From positions 133,285 through 197,284 of the forward strand of contig JAAOMT010000349.1 of NCBI GenBank assembly GCA_016748015.1: 64,000 nucleotides of DNA, written 5' to 3'. Shown piece after piece: positions 20,315 through 35,115 of this stretch. Source of the stretch: Geosiphon pyriformis uo1 (lineage: Eukaryota; Fungi; Glomeromycota). Numbering within the stretch: position 1 is the first letter of the stretch; every line of letters begins with the position of its first letter. Under the pieces are notes generated by a model. The model did no database searches, was not told where the DNA came from, and saw only the letters and a list, made by a program, of their open reading frames with translations. A program made the translations under genes and the position numbers.

Positions 20315-23300
20315 CAAATTTAATCTGGAAAGTTGCTATATGCAATGTTAGAAGCATAAACAATTCTGCGAAACAAGATGATATTGTGCATTGGCATAAG
20401 GACATGGACAATCTAATTTCAATTTTTATAGAAACTAAGCTAAAAGGGAAAATACACTCTTGGATTGTTAAAAAATTTGAAGGCATCTGCATGTTTACTT
20501 TTGGGTTGAATACTGGTTACTTGGGGTCAGGTGTTGTTGTGATCATAAATAATTCTTTGGCTAAGCATGTGTATAAGATTTTTGAGGTATCTGGTTGGCT
20601 TATCTTTATCAAGCTGCTTTTTAAAAATAAGCTTTCTGTCTCAATTTTGGGGCTTTATGCTGGTGTATCTCTCATGGTCCATCTTTCTCAGACTGATAAA
20701 ATCAATTTACTCATGGCTAGAGCTGTGAATGAATCTTTTTTTGTCATTTTTGGTGGTGATTTTAACAAAAATGGTTCTCATAGATGTGTCAGCTTTAAAA
20801 AATGTCTTGATCTGAGGTTAGTTGATTCTTTGGTTGAGAGTTTGGCAGTGCAAACACCTACTTGGTTGAATTTTTATGAAGTTATGAAAGTGATTGATTA
20901 TGTGCTTGTTTTTGCAAATTTGGTTGATGCATTAGTGTATTACAGTGTTTTGGAGGTTGGTGAACATTTTAACACTGACCATCAGGCTGTGTTTGTGTCT
21001 GTGGGTTTGGGTGGATTATTGAATGCACAGTTGAACTTTCTTTGCAAAAAGGCAAATATAGATTATTAGAAGTATGATATCAAAAGTGCTGATGATGTTA
21101 AGTGGTGTGAATTCAGAGTGTCGATGACAGCAAATACCACTATGTTTTCTGAAAAGTTTGTTTCCTCTGTGGTATTTTCTGATCTGGATTTTATGTGAGA
21201 AATTGTTTATAAGGTAATAGTTTTTTTGGCTAATGATTCATTTAAGAAAAAATGGTTTAAGGGCTTTAATAGCATCTTTACCAAGAGCTCCTCTAGGTTT
21301 TACAGATTAGAAATTTTGGTTTTGAGAATAGTTAAAGCATTCTGTGGACAGGATTCTATAAGGTTTGCATCTTTGATGAGCTATTGAGCCTCTTTGGATT
21401 CTGACAAAGCCTTGGCAGTGCAGGTTTTTTTGGACTCTGGTGTGAATTTGGATTGTGTAAGATCTGCTCTCTTTGGTGTGTGTAAGTCTTATTATGCTTC
21501 CAAACTTGTCGAATTTTTGAGAGCTCAGGAGTCAAGTATTAGATCTGCTATTAATAGGCATATAGAGAACTTTGCTTTTGATAAAGGTCACACTATTAGG
21601 AGTGTTTTAGAATGTTCTTTTCATAAGGTAGAATTGGACTATCTGGTTGTTGGTGATGAATTGATTCTAGAGTTTGAGTTAGTCAAAGCTAAAGTAAATG
21701 TGATTATGGAAAGGTAGACTAAGAAACACAAAGTGGTTTCTAATATTTCTAGTGAATGGTCTCATCAATACCAGCCTTTGGAGTATGTCTTTAATGGTGT
21801 ATTCTCGGATGTGATGTGACTAATTGATTTTAATGAGTTGTTTGGTGTGGTTTCTGATCTGCCTGATGGCAAAGCTGCTGGTCTTTCTAATATCCCCAAT
21901 GAACTTTGGAAACACTGTAACAAATCTGTTATGAATATGTTTTTAGAACTTTTGAACACTTGTTTGATTAGTGAGTCAATGCCCAGTTTTTGGAGGGAGG
22001 CTTGGGTTTCAATAATCCCTAAACCATATGAATGGGAGGGCATTCTTATGAACACCCATCCTATTGCTCTGATTGAAACAGCCCATAAAATTCTCTCCAT
22101 GATCCTGTCTTATAGGATTTCCCTGGCATGTAACAGCTTTAATGTTCTTTGTGGTGACAACTTTTCTGTTCTGAAGAGTATTTCTACACAATCACCTATT
22201 TTTGCAGTTGGCTTGGTAATAGAGGATGCTCTGGAAAAGAACCACAAACACTGGCTTGTTCTGCAGAATATGCGAAAAGCATATTATTCTGTTGGTTGGG
22301 AGCATCTTAAAAAGAGTTTGATTAAGATTAAAATGTGTAGCAAGTTTATATGTTTTTTTGGTAGTATTCATTACAATCATGTCAAGAAAATTATAACTGA
22401 TTTCAGCTTAACTGATGGATATCATGTTTATGATGGCTTAAATTAGGGGGAGGTTTTCTCACCACTTCTCTGGTACATATTCTATAATCCTCTCCTTTGT
22501 GAGATTAAGAGACAGGAAAGTATGTATGGTTACAGGTTGAATTCTTATTTTATTTCAAAAAATGGTCATCCAGAACTTGTTGCTAGGTTGTCTTCCTTCT
22601 TTGCTGCTGGGGCTTTCGTCAATGATACAATTTGGGTTGATAGCAATCAGAGTGCTACTCAGCATATTCTCAATGTTGCCAGTAAATTTTTCTGGATCAA
22701 TAACATTTCTATTAACACAGACAAAACTGTTGTCATCCCTATTAATTGCAAAGTTGGTAGTTTTTCTTTAGTTATTAGTAGCTCACCTATTGTTATTGTG
22801 AAAAAAAGAGAATCTCATCATTATCTGGACATCTTTCTTTCAACTGAGGGTTTTTCGAAGCCTAGCTTGGCCAAAGCACAGTCAAATGTTTGGTTCTTCT
22901 CTAATCTTGTGCTAAGAAAGGCCATCTCAGATAAACAATTTTTGTACTTAGTTTCGGCTGTTTTTCATCCTATTGTGAGCTATAAAACTCAGTTTAGCTT
23001 CATACCTTTTGATATGTGCAACAAATGGGATACTTTGATTCAAAAAAGTGTTAAACTAAAATCAGGTTTTCCTTTTGATTTCCCAAATAATTCAATCTAT
23101 TACCCTTCCTTTTATGGTTTGAAGTCTTTTGAGTAGATGCAATTTGAAGGCAAAATAGCATTGTTTGTGAATTTTGCAAACTCTGGTGGGACTTTGGGTC
23201 ATATGTTCTCTCATAGGTCTTATGACTTGCAAGTTTTGTGTTGGCATCTCATTCACCTTCTGAGTTCTTCAATGCATATTTATGTCAGTCTTTTGAATAA

Positions 23301-25001
23301 TTTTTTAGCTGGTGTAGTCCATGTTTTTGCAAAAAATAATCTGTCTCTGAGTGGTCCTTTGGGTGTTCTTTTTTATCATTAGTATAAGGTCTTTATGTCA
23401 GTGGTTCTTGAAGAAGCTAAGTTCTGTGTGCATCTCTCTTCTCTACATCAGTATAGTGTTGCCTTTGTGAATCAGCTCTGTGATTGTCATGGTGCCATTT
23501 TTAATTGGAAAACTTTTAAGCACTGGAAGAGATTAAATTCTCATGGTCCAGTTCCTGAGTAGTTTAGTCTTTCTGTCACCTTCCTCAGTGATGCAGCTTC
23601 TTTTTCTGTTGGTCTTTTTATTCTCAGGAGTGTTAATGCTCTTCTGAGTATTCTGAAGTCTCAGGAATTTAGATTGATATGTGATTATTTGTTTCATGTT
23701 AGTGCTGATAATCTGTTAGTCTATACTGATAGTTTTTTGAAGGATTTGGGCACCATACAGAGGAAGGCTGGTGCTGCTGTCTTTTTTGAAAACATTGGTC
23801 TGAGTTTGGGCATAAGAGTCACTAGTTTGTTGTCTTCTACTTTAACAGAACTGCAGATCATAGCTCTGACATTGGAATGTGTTCCTCCTCTTAGCTCAGT
23901 ATACTTATACTCTGATAGTCAGGCTGCTTTGGATGCATGCAAATTAGAACTATATCTGATTTGTCCAGATTTTCAAGTTTGGTGTTGGGTGAAGCATCAG
24001 CATATTGTGAACATTATTTGTAGCAAAAATTTGAGGATGAAGTGAGTTAAGATAAAAGGTCACTTAAGTATCATAGGGAATGATCATGTAGATGCACTCA
24101 CTGCTGTTGCCTCCAGCTTTAATTGGCATCTTCCCCCCATTTGAAAAAGCATTGCCTTTTAGCTGATGGTGAGCTCATTTCTGGTAATTCTAGGCATTTT
24201 GTCTGGGATATATTTTATTTAATTCATTGTGTGCATTGGGAAATTGATTCTGGCTTCAAGTTTTTGGCAGGTGATTTGATATCAGACATTGATTGGTTAA
24301 ATTCTTTCTTGGTTTAGCATCCTAATTTGCATATGGCTGCAGGCTTTACAAGCAGACTCTCTGCTAGCTTGCATACATATTTTATGAAGGCTTTACATCA
24401 TCACCTGCCTGTTGCTGTTTGGAAGCGACTTTACTTTAGACATTATTCTAGTGTGTTATATTTGTTCTGTGGTGAAGTTGAGATTTCTGACCATGTTTTT
24501 TCTTGTGGTGTTAATCTCTCTACCCACTGTCAGTTGTTGGATGCCTATGCAGCTTCTTGGGAGCTGATTTCTGGTCTCTTTCATTTCTCTTCTTATGTGT
24601 CTCAGCTTCTGTTGTTTTGTGCTTCTGATATTTCTGTGTCTACAGCCTTTTTCAAAGGTTTTGTTTTCAATAATTGGTTTCAGGAGGCTGTGTCTGTCTT
24701 TTATGATCTCAAGCTCACAAGTCGGAGGATTGTAAACTTTGTGTGCACTCTTAGTCTTAGTTTCAAGAATAGCATATAGTCAGTCTGCATCAAACATTGA
24801 GTCTTTATGAAAAGAAATAGGTTAATTTCACCTGATGGTTTAATTTCTGTTTCAATTTTTGGACTGTCATCAGAGTTGTCTGCTGGTATTGTTAGGTTGC
24901 TTGGAATTGCTGACACTTTTGGTGTTTGCTTTGGTTTTCATAAGTTATGTTCATTCTTTTCTGGTATTGGTAATGATGTTTCAGTTCATATAGTTGCTTA
25001 G
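20311..25001 (+). pseudogene. LINE L3 ORF2 (APE-RT-RNase H-Zn finger)
   Basis: CNVRSIN, ETK, GGDFN, IDY, TDHQAV, IALIETAHKILS, FVNDT, VYTDS, TELQII, YSDSQAA, KIKGH and FCGEVEISDHVFSC. Confidence 0.92.
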
Positions 25002-25149
25002 TAGTGTCTTGATCAGTCTGAATGGCTGGTTATATGTAGAAAAAGCCTAATTTGCATTTAGTTTAAATCATTTATATGATGTATTATATTAGGTAGCAAT
25101 TGGACTTCATTCGTAAAATGTTAATAAAAAAAAATATATATAATATAAT

Positions 25150-26950
25150 ATTAAAACAAAAAATAAGAAAATTGTATTACTTTTATCTTTTTTATTACTT
25201 AAAATAATTAAAACTTTTTTTATTAGTAAAGCTTCAATAGTTGTAAAAACTGTTTGTTAATATTTTGTAAAAGTAATTTTTTTAAATAAAGTTGTAATTA
25301 AACAGTTTTTTGCTGTTTTAAAAGTATTATTTTTGTCTTTAATTAAAAGTTTGTTCTTTTTTAAAGTTTTTTAAAGTAAACTATTTAAAATAGTTTTGGT
25401 ATAATTTTTGTTTTTTCTAAAAATTTTAGAGTTTTTAATAAAAAACTAGTACATAATTACTTTTTTCTTCTATTTTTTTTACTATTGTTTAAAAATTCAA
25501 AAAAACCAAAATAGCCAAAAAAAAAATTTTTATATCTTTGTTATTTATAACAACAATTTTTTTAAAATATTAAAAAGTTTTTTTTCTATAGTTTTTAATA
25601 TTTTTAATGTTTAAAGTCTGTTTTTTTTGGTGAAAAATAAAGTTTTAACTTTTTTGTTTTTTTTTGGTTTTTTTATTAATCTGGTATTATCTGTATTAAT
25701 TATAGTATTTAACTTTATTGTAATTATAAAAAAAAATTTTTTTTGTTTTAAATAATAATAATAAAAACACATTGGCCAATTTTGGTTAAAATTAATTTTT
25801 AGTTAAAATTTTAATTTTTGGCCAATTTTTACTAATTTTAATATTAAAACATAATATATTTTTAAATATATTTTTATTTAATTAATTTTTTAAGTTACTT
25901 AATCTTAAAAATTAGGTTAATTAAATAAAAGCCAAAATTCTTTGTTTTTTTTTGTTTTTTGGTATTGTCTTTAATAATGTTTAAAAAATATTTAATAATT
26001 ATCAAAAGTTTATTAAATAAGTAGTTATAATTTGGATATTTAGTACTTAATATTTTTTTTAAAAGCAAATTAATTATTAAAACTGTTTTTTAGTCTACTT
26101 TTAAAATTGTAAAATTTTTTATTATACTTTGTAATATTTTTTTAAACATATTTTTTAATAATATTAAAAATATTTTTGGTATTTTTAATATTATTATTTT
26201 GATTAAATTAAAGCTTTTTGGTTTGTAATAATATACTATTATTTTTTTTAAAAACTTTTTTTCTGCTATTATTGTTTTTATTTACTAATATATATTAATA
26301 AAAAAACAATATTAAAATTTTTTTTTATTTAATTAAAAAAAAGTTATTACTTAAAAAACTACTTTTAATATCAAGCTATTTAATCTTTTTTCTGATAATA
26401 TTGTCTTTAAAATCAATAATTTAATTTTACAAATTAATAAATATACTTGTTTTATTTTTATTTCTCTGATTTTTATTATTGTTAATGTTTTATTATTATA
26501 ATATTTAATTCTTATAAGTTTTTAAATATAGTTATTATAAAAACTAATACTTTATATAAATATTATATCTGTTAAAAATTTTTGAATATTATTATTATTA
26601 TTATTATAAATATTAAAATTTAAATTATTTATTTATAGATTATAAAATATTATTACAAGATATTATTATTATTTTTTTTTAAATTATCAGTTAAATTTAT
26701 TGTTAACTTTAAGTTTTTGTATTATTTTTTATTGATTAAAAGTTTTATGCTAAAATTTTCGTTTTTTTGGCTTTTTTTTGTTGTTTTTTTGGCTATTTTT
26801 GTTGTTGTTTTTTAGATTTAATTTTTTGAAATCTTAAATTTTTGGTGTGACTAATTTAATCAAGTTTATTGTTGTTTTAATTAGATCTTTAATAATTTTG
26901 ATAATATCTTTGTTAAATATTTTTTTGTATTATATATTAAATTTAAAAGT
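25150..26950 (+). mobile_element. Extremely decayed LINE ORF1-like remnant, probably another subfamily
   Basis: 26130-26450 reads like the ORF1 RRM segments (...IKNIFGIF...KLKLFGL**YTII, compare FGVIKLIKMQLVGLWQKVVI). Boundaries are approximate. Confidence 0.45.
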
Positions 26951-27549
26951 ACAATTAGTGCTATTTAAAATTAAGTATTTGTTTTTAGTAGAGTTTTAAA
27001 CAAAATTAATTATAAAATAATTATAATCAAAATTAAATATTGTATTAGTTTAGATCTAATAGATAATAATAATAATAATAAATTTAATAATGTGTTAAAT
27101 AAAAATACTTATACTTATTTGATGGTTTTTTAAAAGTATTAATCTTTTAAGATTAATTAAAATTCAAATAAACTGCTAAGTAATTAAGTAATATTGTTAT
27201 AAATAATAATTTTTTGATTATTATTATGTATAAAACATTTGTTTAAAATAGATTTTTACTTATAAATTCAATATAATTTAGTCTAGATTAAATTTATGTC
27301 TAATTATATATAAAAAAATACAAATTATATTTAATTTGTATTAATTAGTTTAATATAATAACTTAAATTATAATTAAGTTATATATTAAATATAATTAAA
27401 AAAAATATAATCTTAATAAATATAATAAGTTTTTTTTAATATATAAATATATATATATATATATATTATAAAACTTGATAAAAAATTTATTAATTTAAAT
27501 AATATTATTAATATTATTATTGATTTATTATAAAAAAAAGAAAAAATAC

Positions 27550-28584
27550 TTTTTTTTATATATTCAAAAATTTTTAAAATGCTAATTTTAATAAAGAAGT
27601 TTTATTTTTATTTTTTTTGTTGTTTTATTTTTACAATTTTACAAATTAAAAATTCTTTTATTATTGCTTTAGTAATTACTACTAATAGTTTTATAACCAA
27701 AAAAAAATTAATTAAAGATATTATTTTAAATTCTATTAATAATAATTTAATACAGAAACTAAAAATATTTATTAGCAAAATAAAGTATTTAAGTAATAAA
27801 ACAGATTTGGAATTTAAATTACTTATATAAAATATTGGTTAGTTTAATAATATAAATACAAACTTAAATAATACTAATAAGAGTTTTTTAATTTTTAATA
27901 TTAAATATAATATTGTTAATAAAAATAAAATTTTTTTGGACTTTTATACTAAAACTCTTAAAATTAAATAGATTAATACTAACAAGCTAACAATTTTTTT
28001 CTTAGCTTTTGTAATTTTAATATTAACAATAATAATTTGTTTTTTTTTCTTAATATTTTTTTGATAAAAAAATAAATAAATTCCAAAATTGTGAAGATTT
28101 AATTTAAAATATCTGTTAAAAAATTATTTGTTTTAAATATTAATTTTTTAATAATTAAAAACAAATTAACTATGGTTAAAATACAAATAATTAAAAAAAG
28201 ATTTTTAAAAGTAAATGGTTTTGGAAAGGTTATTACTTTTTTAAAGTTTAAAAAAATTATTAAATTTATGTTTATATTTAAAAATAATATAAAGCAAACT
28301 ATATTATTAGCTAAAAAAACAATATTCAAGTTAATAATATTAAAAAACAAAAAATTTACTCAAATTAAACTATAATAATTAAAAAATTATTTCAGTTTTA
28401 TTTAAATATAGTCAGACAATATTAATCAAATTGCAACTTATTAAGTTGTAACAAAAAACTGTAATAAAATTTGTTAAATTAGATTAAATCAATATTTTGA
28501 CATTAAAATAGTCTGTTTTAATCAGAAAAAATTGGCCAAGACTATTAAAAATTAATTTAAAATATAGTTTATAATCTTACTTGT
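27550..28584 (+). mobile_element. Decayed LINE L4, 5' part of ORF1 (cut by Gypsy B)
   Basis: ORF 28172-28375 FLKVNGFGKVITFLKFKKII matches L3 FLKVNGFGGASTPSKFSGII. A QKTVIKF...SVLIRK-like stretch lies at 28450-28530. Confidence 0.75.
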
Positions 28585-29469
28585 TGTTATAAATAATTAT
28601 TTAAGATGTTGAACTAAATAATAAATTCAAATTTTGATGCTCAATAGCTAATTATAATATTAATAGTAATTTCTAAAAATTTTTAAATTTCAGATTTTAA
28701 TTAAGTTTTTTGTATAATAAACAAAGATTTACTTAGTAGTTATTTTCCCAAATTTTTTTTTTAGTGTGAAAACCAGTTTATTTTAATAGTTATATCCTTT
28801 TGATAAGTTATCTTTAAATTTTTATCTTTATTTTATAGATTTTTTACCAGATTATTTTTGATATTAATATTTTAGTGCTTAATTCTTTAATCAATTAGTA
28901 AACAATAATAAAAACAAATAAAAAAATTAGTATTCTGTTAATAACTATAATTAAAAGCTATTGTTTCAATATAATTAAATATTAAATTCTATTAATATAA
29001 ATTATTAATAGTATAAAAATAATAAATATCTTTTAATCAATTAATAATAACATAAATTTAGATAATAAATAAGTATTTTATTAATATAAATATAATTTTG
29101 CTTTAAAATATAGAAAACTATATTTTAAAAGAAAAATATTTTATAACTACTTGTTTCTAAAAACTTGTTTATAGAAACTTGTCTTTTTTTATTTTTAATA
29201 TTTTTACTATATATATATAATTATTATTATATAAGATCTTATATATTTTTATTTTTTTTTATACTACTTTTTAAACAATATCCTTTTTTTTAAACAATAT
29301 GTTATGATTTTTTAAAAATATGCTTATTTTTTAAGAATGTACATATTTTTAAAAAATGTGTTATAATTTCTTAAAAATATGCTTATTTATTAAATACTAT
29401 TTTTTTATTAATCTATTTTTACAATTTGTTTTTTTATTTCTTTCTTATATTCTTTTTTTATGAGTAATA
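28585..29469 (-). repeat. 3' LTR of Gypsy B, with ~20-bp U3 tandem repeats at ~29270-29390
   Basis: Aligns with 46218-47052. A decayed PPT (aaagaaaaaga on minus) is adjacent at 29473-29483. Confidence 0.88.
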
Positions 29470-32400
29470 TTATCTTTTTCTTTAATATTATGTTTTATTA
29501 AAAATTTTATTTTAAATTAAGATATTACTTTATTTTTCAATATTGTTTATTTGATTCTGTTTCTTATATTTTTAAATTGAAATTTGATCATACTTCTTAT
29601 TTGGTTAATAATTATTATTTTTATTTCTGAATACAGTAATATTTCTAAATAATTTTAAAAGATAATGTGTAATTAATAGATTGTTTTAATATATAATATA
29701 AAATTTGTTTTCTTTATTATAAAGTTTTTAACTTGTTGTACTATTTGTTGATTGAATATTTTTTTGAATTTATCTGTATACAACTTCTAAATATTTAACT
29801 TTTATTCTAATTGATAATAATAGTATGTTGTTAAAAGTTGTTTTATTTATAAATTTTAATTTTTTTTAATCAATTTTTCTGTTAGAATAGTAATTAATAT
29901 TTTTTCAAAAATGTTTTTTACTTTTTTTATTATTTTATTTAACCAGTAATTTGTTTATTTTTGCAGTTACTAATATAAAGTAATATTTTTTTTTGTGTTT
30001 TTATAACAAATTGTTTAATAATTAATGATTATTTTTATGTTTAATTGTTGCTAATTTATTGCTTGAAATAGTTATTAATTATTATGTGAATATAATCTGA
30101 AATTTCTATTTTTTTCTATTACTTTTGTTATATATATTGGTTTTTTATATATTTTTAATTGATTTAATAACTGTATTTTTTCTAATATTAATAATTGGTT
30201 CTAGATTTCATGGAATCTTATCTGGTTTAATTAATATTTTTTGTATTTCTAGTTATAGAATATTAATAATAAATAATAAGACCATATTATAATATAGTTA
30301 CAGTTTATTACTATATACTGCTTTGGTTAAAATTTTGCTGTTTAATTTTAGCTTATATGCTTTATTTCTTAAAATTTTTTTAATGTAAAATAAACTATCT
30401 TATTTCAAATTAAACTTTTTACTCTATTGTTTTTTTACTTTAATACAATATAAAAATATTTTGTTTTTAATTTTAAATTTTACTGATTTGTTTAATAACT
30501 GATTGTTATATCATATTTTTTGTTTTTTTTAAATCTTTATATATTACCAACTGTCTTTTTTCTTTTGTTTTCTAGTGTTTTTATTAAATTATATGTTTTT
30601 TTTAACAATATTTTTTAAAAGTTAGCATCTGTTATTAGTTTTATTAAATATGTATTGATATTTATCTTAATTGGTAATGTTGCTGTTCTATTTTAAACTA
30701 GTTTAAATAGTACTGCTTAAATAATATTTTGTTATATTATTTAATAAACAGATAATATTGATAATATAAACAAATTTTATTTGTTTTGATTTTTTTGGTT
30801 GATCTTAATTATTGTTTTATATAATATTCTGTTAAATTTTAATCAAGCTATTTGTTGTAGATAATAGAAAAATAATAATAGTTTTTTAATTCAAAATTTC
30901 TGACTTAATGCTATTAATATTTTGTTTACAAAGTAAGTTTTTTGATTCAATAACAATTTTTTTAGACAATTATATCAACAAATTAAATCTTAATATACAA
31001 ATTTGGCTATAAATTTTGTATCTGCTTTTAAATGATTTTAGCTTTTGGTTACTTTATAAGATAATTTATAGTATTACTATATATTAGTTGTTTTTATTAG
31101 TTATTATTAATAGTTTAACTAAGTTAATTCCGATTTTATTAAATAATTATTTTACTTTAATTAATTTTAGTAATTTATTGGGTTTTGTTTCTTGTTTTTT
31201 CTAACAACTATTACAATTTTGAATATATTAAATAATATTTGAATATATTAATGCCTAATAATATTTTTTTCTAGTTTTTTTTATGATTATTTTTTTATAA
31301 AAATATTCTGCTGTTAGATTTAAATACATATTAAATAGTATTGTTTCTTTTTCTAATTCTGTAATTACTCTGAATAGCTGTTTGGTTTTTTTTTGTTTCT
31401 TTAGTATATTATATTTTGGTAAATAATAAAGAATTTTAATTGTTGTTTTATGTTGTTTTATTTTTTTTGAAATAATTTTTTTTTAAACTATTAAATATTG
31501 ATATAATATTAAAATTGTTAATATTTTTGTGTATTTATTTTTTGACTTATTTTTAAGTTAAAATATTCTAGATTTGTTTCATATATGACAAACTATTAGC
31601 TTTTTTTATTTTTTTTTATAGTATACAATATATTAAAATAATAATAGTTTTAGTTACTATTTTGTATGTTAATTATCCTTAAATTTTTGTTTCTGAATTG
31701 ATGTTAGCTTTTTGTAATTGATATTAATAGCAAATTTTTGACTTAAGTATTTTTTTTATTTAATAATAATTTAATAAATAACAAAATATTTTAATACTAA
31801 GATTCTATAATTTTTTTTTGCTAAACTCTAACTTTGGCTAATATATGCTATTAAATATTTTTGTTTATTTAATTCTCTTTGTCATTGCACAGTTCTTAAT
31901 ACTTGGTTAAATACATACATAGTAATAATAAATAACTTGCTGTAATATAAATAGATTAATATTAAAGTTTAAATAAGCTTTTTTTTAGTATATTAAAAGC
32001 TTTTTATTATTTTTTAGTTTATTTATACTTTATGTTTTTTGCTTAAAACTGATAAAGTGGTTGAGCCAACTTAGAAAAGTTGTGAATAAAACATTAATAA
32101 TATTTAGCAAATTTTAAAAATAATCAAAGTTCAATAAAATTAGTGAATACTAAAAAGTTTTTAACTATTTTAATCTTATTTGGATCTGTTTTAATGCTAT
32201 TTTTGTCAATTACATGTTTCAAAAACATGAATTTTGTTTTTTGAAATAAATATTTAGTAGTATTTAATTTTAATCTAATTTTTTCAGTTTTTAAAACATT
32301 TGTTGTAAATAATAAAAATAATTATCAAATGTCTTAAAAAAAACATTAATATTATTTAAGTAAACTATTACTAAAGCTATAGTAATTTAGTATAGACAAT

Positions 32401-34150
32401 TTTTATTAGCTATTGAAAAGTAGCTGAAATATTAATTAAGCCAAAAAACATAATATTAAATTCAAAGTTTTTTTTTTGTAATAAATAATGTTTTTTTTAT
32501 TAACTAAATTTATGACTAATTGTAAGTAACTACTATCTAAATCTAATGTAAAAGACTATTTTTTTTTTAAATACATAATTTTTTAATAAGTAAAGTTAAA
32601 TAACTGTTTCTATAAATAATACTGTTAAGTTTTTTGTAATTTACATAAAACTGAATTTTTTTAATTTTTTTTTAAACAAGTATTATTGATAATAATCATA
32701 AGTTTATAAATAATTAGATTAATCTATTATTTAATATTTAATTAATTTTTTGTCAAATAATCTTATGATTGATAAATAGTATTTAGTATGTTTTTTGTTT
32801 AATTGATATAATATTTTTGGTTTGAATCTAATATTAAATAATGTTAGTTTTGCCAAATTTATTTTTATTTGTAAAAATATTAATGAAATTGTTAAGTAAT
32901 AGTTTGATTTGCATGTATTAAAATAAATCTAAATTTTATAAATTTATTTGTTTCAATTATTTTGGTTATAACAAGTAGTATTTTTTTTATTCTTAGATTA
33001 TTTGTGATATAAAATTCATATATCTACATAGTTATAAAAAGTCTGAAACAATAAAGAGTAATAAATCTTTGACTTTAATATTTAAATATTCAATAATAAT
33101 TTTATTTGGTATTTTTATTGGATTTTCTGTTATATTATAAATTGAAATTCAAATGTGCTTGTGATTTTTAACCAATAAATATAGATTAATAATAGCAATC
33201 TTTTTTGATTTGCAAATAATAGATTTTACTTTAAAAATTTGTAGTTGATTTTTTATTTTTCTTACTATTTTTAATATATATTAATCATATAATAGAATAA
33301 AAATTGGTTAATTAGTAAAGATAATTATTTTCTATTATATTTATAGATATTTTTATTTTATTTGTAAATCTAAATTTATTTATTTTTCTTATTATTATTT
33401 TTAATTTTTTTTATGTTCCCACTATTATTAACTAAGCTAATTTAATTAAAGACAAGAATATTGTCTATGTTATTTTTTTATTGAGTTTAATGATATAGGT
33501 TTTCTTCAATTTGTTTTATAATATTATAATGATATTTTTTATATATTTTGTATTAATTATTCTTCATCTAATGCTAATTTTTTGGTTAAATTAAATTTTA
33601 ATGCTGATTAATTTATTGTTGTTACTCAAATTTCCAGTACTATTTTTAAATTTATGCTAATATACAAATAAAATTTCAATATAATAGTGTTTTTTTTAGA
33701 TTAAATTTAATATTAGTATTATGTGTATATTTTGACATAATATTTTCATTATTATTACTAAATTATTTTAGTTTTTGCTTTATTAAAAGATCTAAAAGCA
33801 TAATATATTATTTGAGATTTAAATTAAAATTTGAATTATTGAAATTATTATTAATTTAGGCAAAATTAAAGCTGTTATTATTGTTATTATTAGAATTAAA
33901 ATTAGGATTAATTATTAATTTTAAATTTTATATGTATTTTTTGATTGATTTTTCTTTTAAAATAATATAAATCATATGAAATAATAGATTGTAAACAATA
34001 TTACAGTTATTATAATATCTAAAATAATATAGAATTAGGCTATTTTCACAGAGTTTAGTATTTAACTATTCTAAATGCTGCTCTTGTTTTTTTCTAATAG
34101 GTGCTAATTTTTAGTAGTGATTGTAAAATTGTTTGAATTGCTTATAATAT

Positions 34151-35115
34151 TGTTATCAGTAAAATTTTAGTTATTAATTAGCATAAAATTACTCTTATAA
34201 TTTTTATTATTAATTAGCATATATTAATATTGTTTCAATTATTACCTATTACTTAATTAAATTATTTAATATTAATATTTAATTATTAACCCAATTTGTA
34301 CAATAAAAATTAGAATAATTAAATTAAACAATACTTTGAACTATGTAATATTCGAGAATTTATTAAAATTTGTAAGAAATTTGTGAAATAATAAATAATA
34401 CACCAAAATAATAAATAGTTTATTAAAATAACTTGTAATTCATCAAAATAAATTTTTAATTCATTTAAATTATGACAAAGAGAAAAATTCAAGTTTATAG
34501 ATTATTACTACAACAAGTTGTATAAAAGAAGAGCTTTTTTCTTCTAAAAAATATATCTTACTATAGATATCTGATTTTAAAATATCCTCATTAGTATAAT
34601 TTAAAATAAAAAATACTTTAAAAAATTAATTTTTATATTAATTACACTTGAAATTCTCCGAAATACAACTAATATTATGAAATTGATTAGCTACCAATTT
34701 TCATAAAACCATTAATAATTTTAGGCCTAAACCAGAAACAATTCTTATAATAAAATTCTATTTCTTTTATATTTTTTTTATTTTTTTTTATTTTTTTTAT
34801 TACAAATATTAGAATAGTCTACAGACAAAATTTCTGTAGAAAAGTTAATTTTTACAGCAAAATAAATATATATTTTTAGTGAATTTTTAGACAAGTAATT
34901 TCTGAGAAAGAGTTAATGTTTACTACAATATAACTATATAAAATAACTGACACAAAATTGGTCATTCTATTTATAAGCTTAGTAATTCAAATTATAGGAG
35001 ATAATTTAAAATAAAATTCAGTTATTAAAAGTTCACTAGCTTTTAGAAAACATAAATAATCAGCAAACAGATATTAATAACAATTAAAAAAAAAGACCAA
35101 AAATTTTTGGTAACA
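34151..35115 (+). repeat. 5' LTR of Gypsy A2
   Basis: TGTTA...GGTAACA, homologous to the A1 LTRs. Confidence 0.92.

Larger units (their letters stand above)
18388..25134 (+). mobile_element. Full-length degenerate LINE copy L3 (~6.7 kb)
   Basis: 5' UTR shared with L1 (gaagttttt...cattcagta), followed by ORF1, ORF2, a conserved 3' UTR and an A-tail at 25126-25134. Confidence 0.94.
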
